Source of the DNA: Candidatus Gottesmanbacteria bacterium
GTDB lineage: Bacteria; Patescibacteriota; Microgenomatia; UBA10105; UBA927
DNA length: 64,000 nt
Assembly: GCA_963809665.1 (NCBI GenBank)
Contig: CAWEKC010000003.1
Coordinates: 25,277-89,276 of the forward strand
Reading direction: 5' to 3'
Position numbers and translations under genes: made by a program. Below are positions 30,831 to 43,365 of the stretch, one piece after another. Numbering within the stretch: position 1 is the first letter of the stretch; each line of letters begins with the position of its first letter. Below the pieces are notes generated by a model. It saw nothing but the letters and a program-made list of their open reading frames with translations. It searched no databases and was not told the DNA's origin.

Positions 30831-32540
30831 TTAGCAGCCGGCCGGCCACGTGGGGAGTGAAACACCCGGAGCCATAGTGGAATAAATAAGCTGCAGTTCC
30901 TGTATATACCCGTCAATTTTTGCTTTATTTGCGGACGAGAGCGTATTGTAACAGCCATTGCCGATCCAATACATTGCGACGAAATCCCGCAGCGTTTTCC
31001 CCGGACATGTAGCCGCATAGGAGGCAGGTAATTTGAGAAACCGGTCCAGCTGTTCGCTGAAATTTCCGGCGATACTTTGAATATTGACGCCGAAATCCTG
31101 GATCGTTCGGCCGGTTAACTGCCTGCCGCAGGTGTAATTGCTTGCACCGGATTCATGAAGCCAGATGGCGAGGGCAAATAACGGGTCAACACATGCCTTG
31201 ACGGCCCTTGCGATGACATCGTTTTTACACATTTTCCACGCATTATCCGTGCCGGCGGCACATCCGCCGTACACTCTGTCGGCGTATGACTGACCCCCAT
31301 CCGGATTTAATCCCTTGACGGTTTGTTCCGAGACACTTGTATCACAGTTCCACCCGCCGGTTGTCGTTGAACCCACCCAATTTTTGTTACAGGTGTCGCT
31401 CATTCCTGCGATTGTCTGATAGTCTGCCGGCATGAGCGTGCAGTTCGTATAATCTCCGGCGGCCTCGACGCGTGCGGCAAATGCATTTGCGTTGGAAGCC
31501 TGTATTGTTGTCTTGGTTATGGTTTGATCCCATTGTTGTTGATCGCCGTTAGCATTAAGGGCGGATTTATATGTCGGATCAATTTCATCCTGCCGGTACA
31601 TGCTGTTGACGAATCCGCCTGCAGCGCAGAGCTTCTGTTTTTGTTCGTCAGATGCGTAACTTAAGGATGCTAAATCCGATGATGTCGCGCATCCGGCAGT
31701 CAGCGCATCGGCATGGCCGGCAAACGGATTTTGAGCGGTGCCTACGATCTGGGCAGTGGCGGTGAGCGTTCCGCTTGCGCTGGACGTTCCACCACTTCCG
31801 GTTAAAAGTTTAATCATGGCAGCTGTAAACTTATAGACAAGACCAGCAAATGCCGTTGAGGCACTTGATCCATAGCTGTTATTAAATTGGGAGGGTTTGG
31901 TTTCGAGCGGTTTACTTTCACCGGTTGGTATAGAATCGCACGGGAGTGCTGCATCCTGTTTAATAGTGATAGGAGGCAGAGTGTAGTCCTGCGATTCCTG
32001 TACATATCCGGTCGTGAATGATGAGAGCCTGCGGGACCCTTCGCCCTGTGCACGGAGCCACGGCTGATCGGCAGTGACTATAGTCGTTTCACTTACAGCG
32101 TCCCTGTATTGACCGGTTTTCGGATCTAAAACGCAGATTCGACTGGTCATGGAAGCTGATTTTGACGATTCGTCATGCTGTTCGTTTTCCTGGAGCTGTG
32201 CAGGATTTAATTCAAAATCGCTTGCTGATTGGATTTGATTTGCGAATGAATCGAGTTTAGGATTTCCGTTGTAATACGTTTCGTTGTGCGGTTGTAATAT
32301 TCCAAGCCAGTTCAGTGTATAGGATCGGTTGAGAAGAGCGTCGATAGTATTTGCGACATCAGCAATTTCCTGCTGTAACGGTATGACTGTATTTACCCCA
32401 TCGCCGGTTGTCGCGCACGGTTTGGTGGGGTCAGTGCAATCGCGGACGGTAAACAGGGAATCAACGGCACGCGCGTGGGATATTCCGGCAAGACAGAAGT
32501 ATATAGCAAAAACAATAACAAAATTCCGGATATTCCGCAT
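30831..32540 (-). CDS. Secreted Cys-containing protein with a C-terminal lysozyme/transglycosylase-like domain
   Basis: Signal peptide. VIARAVKACVDPLFALAIWLHESG matches the SLT/lysozyme-like A...vDP...lAi...ES helix. Confidence 0.55.
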   Translation of the reverse strand: MRNIRNFVIVFAIYFCLAGISHARAVDSLFTVRDCTDPTKPCATTGDGVNTVIPLQQEIADVANTIDALLNRSYTLNWLGILQPHNETYYNGNPKLDSFANQIQSASDFELNPAQLQENEQHDESSKSASMTSRICVLDPKTGQYRDAVSETTIVTADQPWLRAQGEGSRRLSSFTTGYVQESQDYTLPPITIKQDAALPCDSIPTGESKPLETKPSQFNNSYGSSASTAFAGLVYKFTAAMIKLLTGSGGTSSASGTLTATAQIVGTAQNPFAGHADALTAGCATSSDLASLSYASDEQKQKLCAAGGFVNSMYRQDEIDPTYKSALNANGDQQQWDQTITKTTIQASNANAFAARVEAAGDYTNCTLMPADYQTIAGMSDTCNKNWVGSTTTGGWNCDTSVSEQTVKGLNPDGGQSYADRVYGGCAAGTDNAWKMCKNDVIARAVKACVDPLFALAIWLHESGASNYTCGRQLTGRTIQDFGVNIQSIAGNFSEQLDRFLKLPASYAATCPGKTLRDFVAMYWIGNGCYNTLSSANKAKIDGYIQELQLIYSTMAPGVSLPTWPAGC

Positions 32541-32600
32541 GTAAATTCATCATAGCAAATTGACAAGCATCTTGCAGGAGCGATACAATCCTAAGTACCG

Positions 32601-33476
32601 ATGAAAAAACAGACCGTCCGCAAAGCAGTCATCCCAGCCGCAGGATTCGGGACCAGATTCCTGCCCCAGACCAAGGCCATGCCCAAGGAAATGCTTCCGA
32701 TCGTTGATAAGCCCGTCATTCAGTATGTGGTTGAAGAACTGGTTGCCTCGGGTATTACCGATATCGTTATTGTCACAGGATGGAATAAACGCGCCATTGA
32801 AGACCATTTTGATTATCCGAACGAGCTAATTCAGATGTTAAAGGAACAAGGGAAACATGAGCTTATCGAGTCGGTAAAAAAAACCGCGGAACTTGCTAAT
32901 TTCATCTATATCCGGCAAAAAGGCCCATACGGCAACGGGACACCGGTTCTTTGCGCTAAATCCGTCATTGGCGATGAACCGTTTGTGACTATATGGGGTG
33001 ACGAATTTATTTACGCACACCCGCCGCGGGCCAAACAATGCATCGACGTATTTGAAAAATACGGAGATCCGGTTATTTCGGCAATTCGCGTGCCTAAGAA
33101 TGACGTTTCACGCTACGGGATAGTTGAGGTTACCGAAATTGAAAAAAACGTCGGTCAGATTAAACGACTGCTTGAAAAACCGAGTAAAGAAGAAGCGCCT
33201 GGTAACTTGGCGGCACACGGTTGTTATGTGTTAACACCGGATATTTTTCCGATTCTTGAACATTTAGCTCCGGGGAAAGCAGGGGAAATTTGGCTTACCG
33301 ATGCCATTAAAGAATTAATGAAGTCCCGTCCTGTCTATTCATGTGAGGTGACGGATGCGAAATATTACGATACGGGAAACAAGCTGGAATACCTTAAAAC
33401 CGTCGTCGAGTTTGCGCTCCAGCACAAAGATTTAAACGGTGATTTCCGGCAGTACCTCAAGAGTTTGAAGCTCTAA
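32601..33476 (+). CDS. galU: UTP--glucose-1-phosphate uridylyltransferase
   Basis: KAVIPAAGFGTRFLPQTKAMPKEMLPIVDKP, LEKP, GEIWLTDAI. Promoter TTGACA at 32560 and TACAAT at 32584. Confidence 0.96.
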   Translation: MKKQTVRKAVIPAAGFGTRFLPQTKAMPKEMLPIVDKPVIQYVVEELVASGITDIVIVTGWNKRAIEDHFDYPNELIQMLKEQGKHELIESVKKTAELANFIYIRQKGPYGNGTPVLCAKSVIGDEPFVTIWGDEFIYAHPPRAKQCIDVFEKYGDPVISAIRVPKNDVSRYGIVEVTEIEKNVGQIKRLLEKPSKEEAPGNLAAHGCYVLTPDIFPILEHLAPGKAGEIWLTDAIKELMKSRPVYSCEVTDAKYYDTGNKLEYLKTVVEFALQHKDLNGDFRQYLKSLKL

Positions 33477-33478
33477 TA

Positions 33479-34183
33479 TTACTCCGACGGTGGAATTCCG
33501 TAGATAACCACTTCCGTTCCGGGATTACCCGGATTTGCCAGCGTACTCCATGCTCTGGGATTGGTAACTACCGGAGTGGTCCAGTCATAAAGTTTTGCCG
33601 CATCGTCAGTCTGCATATTAATGCATCCGTGACTCATCGGATGGCCGAAGTTGTGGTGCCAGTACGTGCCGTGGAAACTGTACCCGAGATATTTGGCAAC
33701 CTGATTGTTATAAAAGAATTGCACGTAGGGGACATTCGGCAGATAATAATAGGTTCCGTCTGACTGATTGCCGCCGGACATAAGTTGGCTGCGGACTTTA
33801 GCCCAGATGCGGAATGTGCCTGTCGGTGTCCGGCCCCATTTGCCGGTAGAGACGGTGAAATCGAATATCTTGGTATTTCCCTGATACGCGTAGACTTTTT
33901 GATTGGTAAGGTCTACCTCGATTCTTTTATCATTGGGTGAAGCAACTCCGAGGACACGGCTGGTTTGCTTCAGATCCGCCAGTTGCACGGGAATTACTTC
34001 CGATCCGTGAAACACTGCGTAATGCTCGTCCGCCGGCTGACCGAGTATTTCTCCGGCAATAAGTTTGGAAAGGGAAACCGGATCCGCAAGCGGTTCAGTT
34101 TTAGCGGATGTATGTTTTGTCTGAAGTAAGAAAAAAGAAGCGAGAAATAGCACAAAGAAGCTGACAAAGAATTTCAATTTCAT
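33479..34183 (-). CDS. L,D-transpeptidase (YkuD) family protein
   Basis: IEVDLTNQ, VSTGK..TPTG, FHGTYWH, SHGCIN. Confidence 0.92.
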   Translation of the reverse strand: MKLKFFVSFFVLFLASFFLLQTKHTSAKTEPLADPVSLSKLIAGEILGQPADEHYAVFHGSEVIPVQLADLKQTSRVLGVASPNDKRIEVDLTNQKVYAYQGNTKIFDFTVSTGKWGRTPTGTFRIWAKVRSQLMSGGNQSDGTYYYLPNVPYVQFFYNNQVAKYLGYSFHGTYWHHNFGHPMSHGCINMQTDDAAKLYDWTTPVVTNPRAWSTLANPGNPGTEVVIYGIPPSE

Positions 34184-34185
34184 AC

Positions 34186-34923
34186 TCAGGGTTTTGTAAA
34201 TATAAATGTATCCGATTCGATTTCTTTGCCCGATATCCGAATGGTAAAAAAGTATCGGTAGGTTCCGGCAGGAACATTCGGAATTGTAAGTTGGTGAGTC
34301 CGGTTGTTTTGGCTTTGCAACGGGGCGGTAAAATTATTAAGTGCCGGAATGTGCACCGTGAGAGCGGCATTCATATTGGTTGTAGCGGTGACGAGTACAG
34401 TACTATTATCAGTAACAGTGTATATTGCATAGCCGGTGAGAATCTGTTTGGCCTGTGACTCTACAGTTTGCCGCTGTTGTATCCCCCTGATGGTTATTGC
34501 GAGTCCTCCGGATAAGAGAAGAAGCAGCATGCTGCCCAAGAGAATACTGCTGACATTGGGTGCGGGAATATGCCAGAGTTTGTGATATTCAATTTTTGTT
34601 TGTTGAGCACGCTTGAATGCGGCAAGTTGTCCCGTAGGGAAAAAATACCCGTGATCATTCGGGCAGTCAAAGATGAATACGTCGTCAGGGACATTGTCTC
34701 CTGAACTCCGTGTGAGCAGCTTCCCGCATACCGGACAGTAATATGTTGCGTGCAGTGAGATTGCCCGGGGTGCCGCAGTGGTATTTGTTTTAATATAATT
34801 AGCGGAAAATGAATCCATCCAGTATCCATGACACACGGGACAGGTAGAATAGGAGACCGTCAAGCCGCTTTCACCCTGCGCGGTATGGTTGGTTAAATCT
34901 GCATCAGCCGCGGGACACTTCAT
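34186..34923 (-). CDS. Double zinc-ribbon (zf-TFIIB-like) membrane protein
   Basis: MKCP..CPVCHGYWMD and CPVC..CPNDHGYFF, then a TM and a beta-rich C-domain. Confidence 0.7.
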   Translation of the reverse strand: MKCPAADADLTNHTAQGESGLTVSYSTCPVCHGYWMDSFSANYIKTNTTAAPRAISLHATYYCPVCGKLLTRSSGDNVPDDVFIFDCPNDHGYFFPTGQLAAFKRAQQTKIEYHKLWHIPAPNVSSILLGSMLLLLLSGGLAITIRGIQQRQTVESQAKQILTGYAIYTVTDNSTVLVTATTNMNAALTVHIPALNNFTAPLQSQNNRTHQLTIPNVPAGTYRYFFTIRISGKEIESDTFIFTKP

Positions 34924-34942
34924 AGATCCAGTATAACGTATT

Positions 34943-35653
34943 TTAGTTCCCCCACGTAAAGAATTCGTTTACCGTCATGTGGTTGATAATATAAAACGCG
35001 AGGCTTCTGACAACGGTACCGATTGGTCCCATAAATTGTGAATTGTGCGCGCGGAGCGCCCTGAGTTTGGTAAGGGTATCCGCCCAGTTCAACTGAAGTT
35101 CCACATCGGGTTTGATTGGTTTGATACCGGGTTTTTTCGCCATCTTTGCTGCAGATTCCGGCACGCGGTAGGAAGGGGAGACGGTGATGTAGAGTAACCG
35201 CGTGGGTCTCCGGACGACCGATCTGACATATTCACTTAACGCGATATGGTCGGGGTGGCCGTACACGCCGTGCGGCTCGAGGGTTACAACGTACGTCGGA
35301 CGGAAATCCCCAATATTTGTGCGGATTGTCTGTTTTATTTTCTCGCCGATATATTCCAATCCGCCGTCAGGATATGTATATGTATGAAAATTTTTTACAC
35401 CAAGGATGGAAAGTGCGCGTCCGAATTCTTTTTCGCGAATACGGCCGAGATTATCCGTTGGTTTCAGGCCGAATCGTAGGGTGCTGTTTTCCCCTCTTGT
35501 CATTGTGATAACACGGATCGGAATTTTTGAAGTATATAAACGGTGGATGAAACCGCCGCAGAAAATCGTTTCGTCGTCCGGATGGGGCATTACAACAAGA
35601 ATACGGCTGGCGGCGTCAATACCGAGCGTGGAAAGCGAACCTGTCGTAATCAT
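34943..35653 (-). CDS. PIG-L/LmbE family deacetylase
   Basis: PHPDDE, TRGE, GHPDH, AHNSQ. Confidence 0.92.
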   Translation of the reverse strand: MITTGSLSTLGIDAASRILVVMPHPDDETIFCGGFIHRLYTSKIPIRVITMTRGENSTLRFGLKPTDNLGRIREKEFGRALSILGVKNFHTYTYPDGGLEYIGEKIKQTIRTNIGDFRPTYVVTLEPHGVYGHPDHIALSEYVRSVVRRPTRLLYITVSPSYRVPESAAKMAKKPGIKPIKPDVELQLNWADTLTKLRALRAHNSQFMGPIGTVVRSLAFYIINHMTVNEFFTWGN

Positions 35654-35663
35654 GAGAGATTAC

Positions 35664-36827
35664 TCAGGCCACCGGAGGCGTAGGCGGCGGTTGGATAAAG
35701 GGCGTGGGGGGCGTTTTTTTCTTGCGTAACAGCAGGAAGGCTGCGGCGATTGCAGCAAGGACTCCGATTACCCACCATACGAGATTTCCGAGAGGATTTT
35801 TAGAAGGCTCAAGGGCAAGCGTCGGGGTGACACTTGGCGTGGGTGTCAAGGAGACGATTGCGACGACTTCGGGTGTCGGCGTAATATTTGTATAAGCGAT
35901 AACCCGCTGGTAGTACGTTGCAGGGGTGGTTGTAGAGGGATTGATGACGATTACCCGTTTACAGTCGTTGGAAAAACCGGAAAAAACATTATTATTGTCG
36001 CGCACGCGGCATAATGCCCCCAGCGATCCGATTGTTGAATAGGTATGAGTTGTCGAAATAGATCCCGGGCTGCCGGCGTTTTTGTACACCGTATCAATCG
36101 TTCCGTCGCCGAAGGTAAATTCCGCGGCGTTGATATACCCGTCGGGGTCGATACCGGAACAGGTAAATGTTACGGAGAGCGGGGCGCCGGTGCCGGTCGT
36201 CGTATTGCTTGTGAGCGTGACACACGTGGGTGTTGTATTATTTCCTCCACCAGACTGACCGGGTGTCGGAGTCGGCGTTGGGGTTCCTGCACCGACCGTC
36301 GGCGTGGGGGTGGGTGCGGTGCCGTTACTATACGTCAGGGCAACCGAATTTGTTTGTGATGAGCAGGACGAGAGAACATTTTGGGCAGGGGAGATAGTGT
36401 AGATGTGAGTATTTGCGCAGTCGATTGAAACGGTACTGCTCCCTGAAGATTTTTTTGCTTTGAAAACAACCGTTGCATAGTTGCCGTTGCCGCTCGTGCC
36501 GATGGGTGACGATGTGTATGCATGGAGTTCAAGCACGTTATTTGCGGGGTCAGGTGCAGAACTGAAAAACGGGAAAAAATTTCCGTTTGATGCTGATACA
36601 AAATCCAGATCATTGGCCGCATACCGGATATAGACATCGCTGGTTTGTACCGAACCGGAGTCCGCATTGACACTTAATGTCAGTGTCACCGTGTTATTTT
36701 GTACTACGACGGCGCTCGTCGGGCTGAACAGCAAACTTGGAGCCGCCTGCGCTTGTGCCGCAGGAAAAGCTAATGCAAGAAAACCGACTGTGACTGCAGT
36801 GAGGAATCGGAGCAGTTTAGTTTTCAT
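35664..36827 (-). CDS. Cohesin + PKD domain surface protein with a C-terminal membrane anchor
   Basis: Signal peptide, then cohesin-like LLFSP..TVTLTLSVN..DVYIRY..LDFVSASNG..GNYATVVFKAK. PT linkers, PKD-like FTFGDGT, and a C-terminal TM + RKKK. Confidence 0.75.
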   Translation of the reverse strand: MKTKLLRFLTAVTVGFLALAFPAAQAQAAPSLLFSPTSAVVVQNNTVTLTLSVNADSGSVQTSDVYIRYAANDLDFVSASNGNFFPFFSSAPDPANNVLELHAYTSSPIGTSGNGNYATVVFKAKKSSGSSTVSIDCANTHIYTISPAQNVLSSCSSQTNSVALTYSNGTAPTPTPTVGAGTPTPTPTPGQSGGGNNTTPTCVTLTSNTTTGTGAPLSVTFTCSGIDPDGYINAAEFTFGDGTIDTVYKNAGSPGSISTTHTYSTIGSLGALCRVRDNNNVFSGFSNDCKRVIVINPSTTTPATYYQRVIAYTNITPTPEVVAIVSLTPTPSVTPTLALEPSKNPLGNLVWWVIGVLAAIAAAFLLLRKKKTPPTPFIQPPPTPPVA

Positions 36828-38307
36828 CGTAGCGCGTCTCCAGTGTTTGAAAAACAAGGCTTAGATCCAACGAATCGACTTTGCCGCTGTAATTAACATC
36901 TGCTGTTAAGAGGTCCTGCGGTGTTTGTTGTGAACTGGGTTTGTTGAAAAGGTCCGTGATGAGCTTGATATCGTCGGTATTCACTTTTCCGTCATGATTC
37001 AGGTCGCCGGGTGGCAGCGGCCTGCCGGTAAAGTCGAACGTATCTGATTGCGTTGCTATGTATTCCGTGTCATTACACGGTTCTGTCTGTCCTGATGGTC
37101 GGCAGAAAACAATCTGTGAATGTTTCTCGCCTTTAATAAGTACACGGTACTCCGTAGGCGCGGGAAGGGGATTTGTAACTGTCGCGGTTGCCGTATATAC
37201 ACCGTTTCCGAGCGGGTTTAGCACTAATGGTTTATCAAGCTGAAGTACTGTACCGTTCTTGAGTTTAAGCTTCACTGTTATTGTTGCTCCCTGGGCCTCT
37301 GCTCCGTTTACTCCCATGAGTTTTACCCTAAATGTCATTATTCTCGGCAGAAGTATCGGGGTGGGAGTCGGTGTCGGTGTCAGATATTGTGAAACAGTAG
37401 GATAGGGAGGCCGTGTCGGTGTCGGCGTCATATAGTATGACGGAGTAGGATATCTGGTCGGTGACGGAGAGATCGGGATGCAGCGGTAATTCTGACAAAT
37501 ACCGGGTTGAGCAAGTACAGACAGGACTTCGGACAGCGGATAACTAGTACCGGCAGGTGAGGTCGGGCAGGAGAAAGTGGTAAAAGTGCAGCTCGATCCG
37601 TTTGGTGAACAACTCACTCCTGAAGGCGTCGGATAATAGGACGGAGTGGGATACCGTGTCGGTGTCGGCGTGAGCCATGTTTCACAACGCCCGCTGATAC
37701 AGACTCCACCGCGTGTTGTGCATTTATCGATACAATTCGGTGTACCCGGCGGGCATGCCGGCGCGCACGTATCGGTACACGCGGAACCCTCTGTTTTTCC
37801 CGAACAAACATTCGTACCGGGTGTGGGTGTAATCCATGTTTCACATTTGCCGCTTATACAGAATCCGCTGCGTGTCGTACATTGATCCGTACACACTTTT
37901 ACATCCGGCGGGCATGCTCTCGCACAGGTATCGGTACACGCAGAACCCTCTGTTTTTCCCGAACAGACATTCGTACCGGGCGTGGGTGTAGCCATACTGC
38001 AGTTGGGGATAAAAGGTTTACCGTTTGATATCCAGGCGTTGTATCCGGTTAGCTCTTCTTCCGTCAGGGGGACAAGTACAGCAGCACATCCTTGGGCGTT
38101 CGGGTTCCCTTTGCAGCCATCAGGCCAGTTAAGCTTACCGTCAAACTCGGTAACGCGGTTCCAGCAGATTTCAGCAGTTGTTGTCGCAGCGCGTTTTCGA
38201 AGTTCAATCCGCTGCGTCGCGACTGCCCATATGAAGATAGGAAGTCCTACAATCAAAAAGACTGCAATAAGTAATTTGATCCATGGAATCCGTTTGGTTC
38301 CGATCAT
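36817..38307 (-). CDS. Membrane-anchored Cys-rich/PT-rich protein with a C-terminal dockerin domain
   Basis: Two Ca-binding repeats, GDLNHDGKVNTDD and ADVNYSGKVDSLD, plus an N-terminal TM. Confidence 0.8.
   Translation of the reverse strand: MIGTKRIPWIKLLIAVFLIVGLPIFIWAVATQRIELRKRAATTTAEICWNRVTEFDGKLNWPDGCKGNPNAQGCAAVLVPLTEEELTGYNAWISNGKPFIPNCSMATPTPGTNVCSGKTEGSACTDTCARACPPDVKVCTDQCTTRSGFCISGKCETWITPTPGTNVCSGKTEGSACTDTCAPACPPGTPNCIDKCTTRGGVCISGRCETWLTPTPTRYPTPSYYPTPSGVSCSPNGSSCTFTTFSCPTSPAGTSYPLSEVLSVLAQPGICQNYRCIPISPSPTRYPTPSYYMTPTPTRPPYPTVSQYLTPTPTPTPILLPRIMTFRVKLMGVNGAEAQGATITVKLKLKNGTVLQLDKPLVLNPLGNGVYTATATVTNPLPAPTEYRVLIKGEKHSQIVFCRPSGQTEPCNDTEYIATQSDTFDFTGRPLPPGDLNHDGKVNTDDIKLITDLFNKPSSQQTPQDLLTADVNYSGKVDSLDLSLVFQTLETRYDEN
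37675..37990 (-). repeat. Tandem duplication of a 159-bp unit encoding a 53-aa module with 8 cysteines
   Basis: TPTPGTNVCSGKTEGSACTDTC...CISG(K/R)CETW occurs twice, offset 37675 vs 37834. Confidence 0.9.
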
Positions 38308-38406
38308 ACGGGTATATGACTTCTTGTTCTTATCGTACCCAACAGGAAAAATAATTGCAAGTACCTATCTACCATTATATATACGTTCACAGATGCGTTG
38401 TGTGGG

Positions 38407-38477
38407 CAGGGCCACGTGGAGTCGAACCACGATCAGAGGTTTTGGAGACCCCCATTCTACCATTGAACTATGGCCCT
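38407..38477 (-). tRNA. trnW: tRNA-Trp(CCA), 3' CCA not encoded
   Basis: Acceptor AGGGCCA...TGGCCCT, anticodon loop CTCCAAA, T-loop GTTCGAC. Confidence 0.95.
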
Positions 38478-38493
38478 AGATGGATTAATTATA

Positions 38494-39003
38494 TCACGGG
38501 AGTAGCCGGAGGGTTTTGACTGCAGCGTTAAACGAAGCTCCGTAACCGGCGATGTAGCTGTCTAAGCCTTTTACCGGATGTGTGAAAATGACGATATCAA
38601 TAGGCGTTCCGTCCCGGGCTGAACTGTCGTGATAGAGTTTTGCCGATATGGTCGCACTACCGGAGGCCGGAATAGAGAGGGTTTCGATTTTATCCACAGG
38701 AAGAGCGGGTCTGGGGATATCCTTTTGGCATGTGACGGTGATGGACTGAGTTTTATCCGATGTGTTATTGAAGATTGCGCTGCCTGATGCATTTTCCAGA
38801 ACGGTAAACGTTGACGGATACGACAGCGAAAATCCGCAATAAGTATCCATATATGTTTGCGTGATAATTTCAGGTTCGGGCGAGGGAGTTTGTACGGGGG
38901 AAGGAGAAGGGGGTTTAGTCATTCGGCTACCCACATTCACGCCGATAAGCACTGCGGCACATACGGCAAGAATACTCACCAGAAGAAGGGTGTTCCGATG
39001 CAT
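38494..39003 (-). CDS. Membrane-anchored hypothetical protein (PsbP-like start)
   Basis: N-terminal TM, P-rich linker, TYMDTYCGFSLSYPSTF. Confidence 0.6.
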   Translation of the reverse strand: MHRNTLLLVSILAVCAAVLIGVNVGSRMTKPPSPSPVQTPSPEPEIITQTYMDTYCGFSLSYPSTFTVLENASGSAIFNNTSDKTQSITVTCQKDIPRPALPVDKIETLSIPASGSATISAKLYHDSSARDGTPIDIVIFTHPVKGLDSYIAGYGASFNAAVKTLRLLP

Positions 39004-39009
39004 ACGGTG

Positions 39010-39183
39010 TTAGTCTAATTTACTAGTTTCTTTATGTAGCGTGTGTTTTTTACAATACCGGCAATACTTAGTAAGCGCGAGTTTTTCCGGAGTATTTACT
39101 TTATTGCGCACGGAAATATAGTTCTGATGTTTACAGACAGAGCAAACGAGCGCGAGTAATTGCCGTTGGTCCTTTTTTGCCAT
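39010..39183 (-). CDS. rpmG: 50S ribosomal protein L33 (Zn-ribbon type)
   Basis: LVCSVCKHQNY..RNKVN..KYCRYCKKHTLHKE. Confidence 0.96.
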   Translation of the reverse strand: MAKKDQRQLLALVCSVCKHQNYISVRNKVNTPEKLALTKYCRYCKKHTLHKETSKLD

Positions 39184-39211
39184 AGGGCTTATTATACCGT
39201 AGCTGTGAGGC

Positions 39212-40105
39212 TTACTCAAGCAGATGGTTTGTGCTAATGGCCTCCGCAACTTTCCGGGCAAACAAGATCCGTCCGGAGTCGGAATAATGGATGTGGTCGC
39301 CGCCGTTAATATAGGTGAGATTTCCTTCTCCGGCACCCGTGAGGCTTGCGTGGTACGCGTCGGCCAAAGGAAGGTGCGCACCGGCGGCAAATTTTACCGT
39401 ACTGTCGAGGTATTGCTTGATCACCGAAGTACGCGTAATTTTATCCTCCCTGCTGAATGCGATGCCGGGGGCTCCGTCACCGAAGATCATACTGTTAGGT
39501 GCGATTGTCGATGCGATAATAATTTTGGCGCCGGGAATATTACTGCGGATAGTATCAACGGCGCGGGCCATCGCTATCCAATGACGGTCAAGCCCGCCCT
39601 CACCGGGAAACGGATTATAGGCGAAGGATTCGATAACGACGATATCGGGACGGGTAGAAGCCAGCGGCGGGATTTGGTTTCCCAGATATGAATACCCATT
39701 GGTTATCCTTTCTATCCCGAAATCTATATTGGTGCCACCGTCGCCGTAATTCAACAGGGTAAATTTGGTAGCCGGGTACATATTTTTCAAAAGGGCATGC
39801 AATGCAGGAATTCCGGGGCCGAGTGTATCAATCATCGAATCACCCAGGAGTGCGATCGTATATGATTGCTTTTTTGCCGTGCCGGCCGTAACCGTAGGCG
39901 AACGCTGGGGTGTGGGTTGAAGTGTGGGATTGGCTGTTGGTGTTGGCGTGATACCCGAAGTTTCACCCAGCACATCAACGATTTGCCCAAAAGAAACCCC
40001 GGGTTTCGGTGGAGGTGATGTTGCGGTGATCACGTCGTCCGGAATCGGGGAAATCACCGTGCCTGCGGCATATATGGTGAATGTGAAGAGTGCCAGCAGG
40101 TTCAT
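39212..40105 (-). CDS. Secreted SGNH/GDSL hydrolase
   Basis: LLGDSM, NYGDGG, FAYN, DHIH. Confidence 0.85.
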   Translation of the reverse strand: MNLLALFTFTIYAAGTVISPIPDDVITATSPPPKPGVSFGQIVDVLGETSGITPTPTANPTLQPTPQRSPTVTAGTAKKQSYTIALLGDSMIDTLGPGIPALHALLKNMYPATKFTLLNYGDGGTNIDFGIERITNGYSYLGNQIPPLASTRPDIVVIESFAYNPFPGEGGLDRHWIAMARAVDTIRSNIPGAKIIIASTIAPNSMIFGDGAPGIAFSREDKITRTSVIKQYLDSTVKFAAGAHLPLADAYHASLTGAGEGNLTYINGGDHIHYSDSGRILFARKVAEAISTNHLLE

Positions 40106-40149
40106 AGATCTATGATAACGGATTTATAGAGGATTTATCAGAGGTGCAA

Positions 40150-40536
40150 TTACTCCCGCATGATGAGGTGTTCTTCGAACCGCTTCGCCTCAAAAAATTT
40201 TACGCAGAAATCGCGGGTCATTTGCGGGTCATACCACGCGCAGGAAAAAATATTCAGGTAGACGCTTTTTTTATATTCTGAAAAATGTGCCGTAACGGAA
40301 CTGGTTTCTATAAGTTGTACAAGTGAGTATCCGCTTGTCATTGGGTTTTCGTGACCGAAATGGGGGATGAACGGTTCTCCATACCGTTTCATTTTTATGA
40401 CGTTGTCGCAGAGTTCGATGACAAATTTTTTAATTTCCGCGCCTGAGGATATTTTTTCCAAACTGCAGTTATACAAATTCAGCGTGAGTTCCTGTCCGAA
40501 ATATTGGTCGTATTTTTTATCCGGGGCATTTAACAT
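40150..40536 (-). CDS. speD: S-adenosylmethionine decarboxylase proenzyme family
   Basis: LNLYNC, GYSLVQLIETSSVTAH, YLNIFSC. Confidence 0.8.
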   Translation of the reverse strand: MLNAPDKKYDQYFGQELTLNLYNCSLEKISSGAEIKKFVIELCDNVIKMKRYGEPFIPHFGHENPMTSGYSLVQLIETSSVTAHFSEYKKSVYLNIFSCAWYDPQMTRDFCVKFFEAKRFEEHLIMRE

Positions 40537-40682
40537 AGAAATAAAAATAAATTCTTTCTATACATAGATAATGGTATTTTGCATTGAATGTCAATGACTA
40601 TTTTCATTATGATTACTTTTCTATAAGAGTCAAGCATTTTTGTATTTGACAACCGGGTAAAAAATATATATACACATGACGC

Positions 40683-43293
<2,611 letters not shown>

Positions 43294-43294
<1 letters not shown>

Positions 43295-43365
43295 GCCTGG
43301 AGGGAGAATCGAACTCCCAGTCAACTCCTTACCATGGAGTCGTTTTACCACTAAACTATCCAGGC
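43294..43365 (-). tRNA. trnT: tRNA-Thr(GGT), CCA not encoded; the 5' 15 nt overlap the upstream ORF
   Basis: Acceptor GCCTGGA...TCCAGGC, anticodon arm ACTCC-ATGGTAA-GGAGT, T-loop GTTCGATT. Confidence 0.95.

Noticed and set aside
38407-38477. Alternative genetic code (UGA recoding as in Gracilibacteria)
   Set aside because: TGA ends conserved genes at the expected length (purB, purA, topA), and the tRNA-Trp anticodon is CCA.
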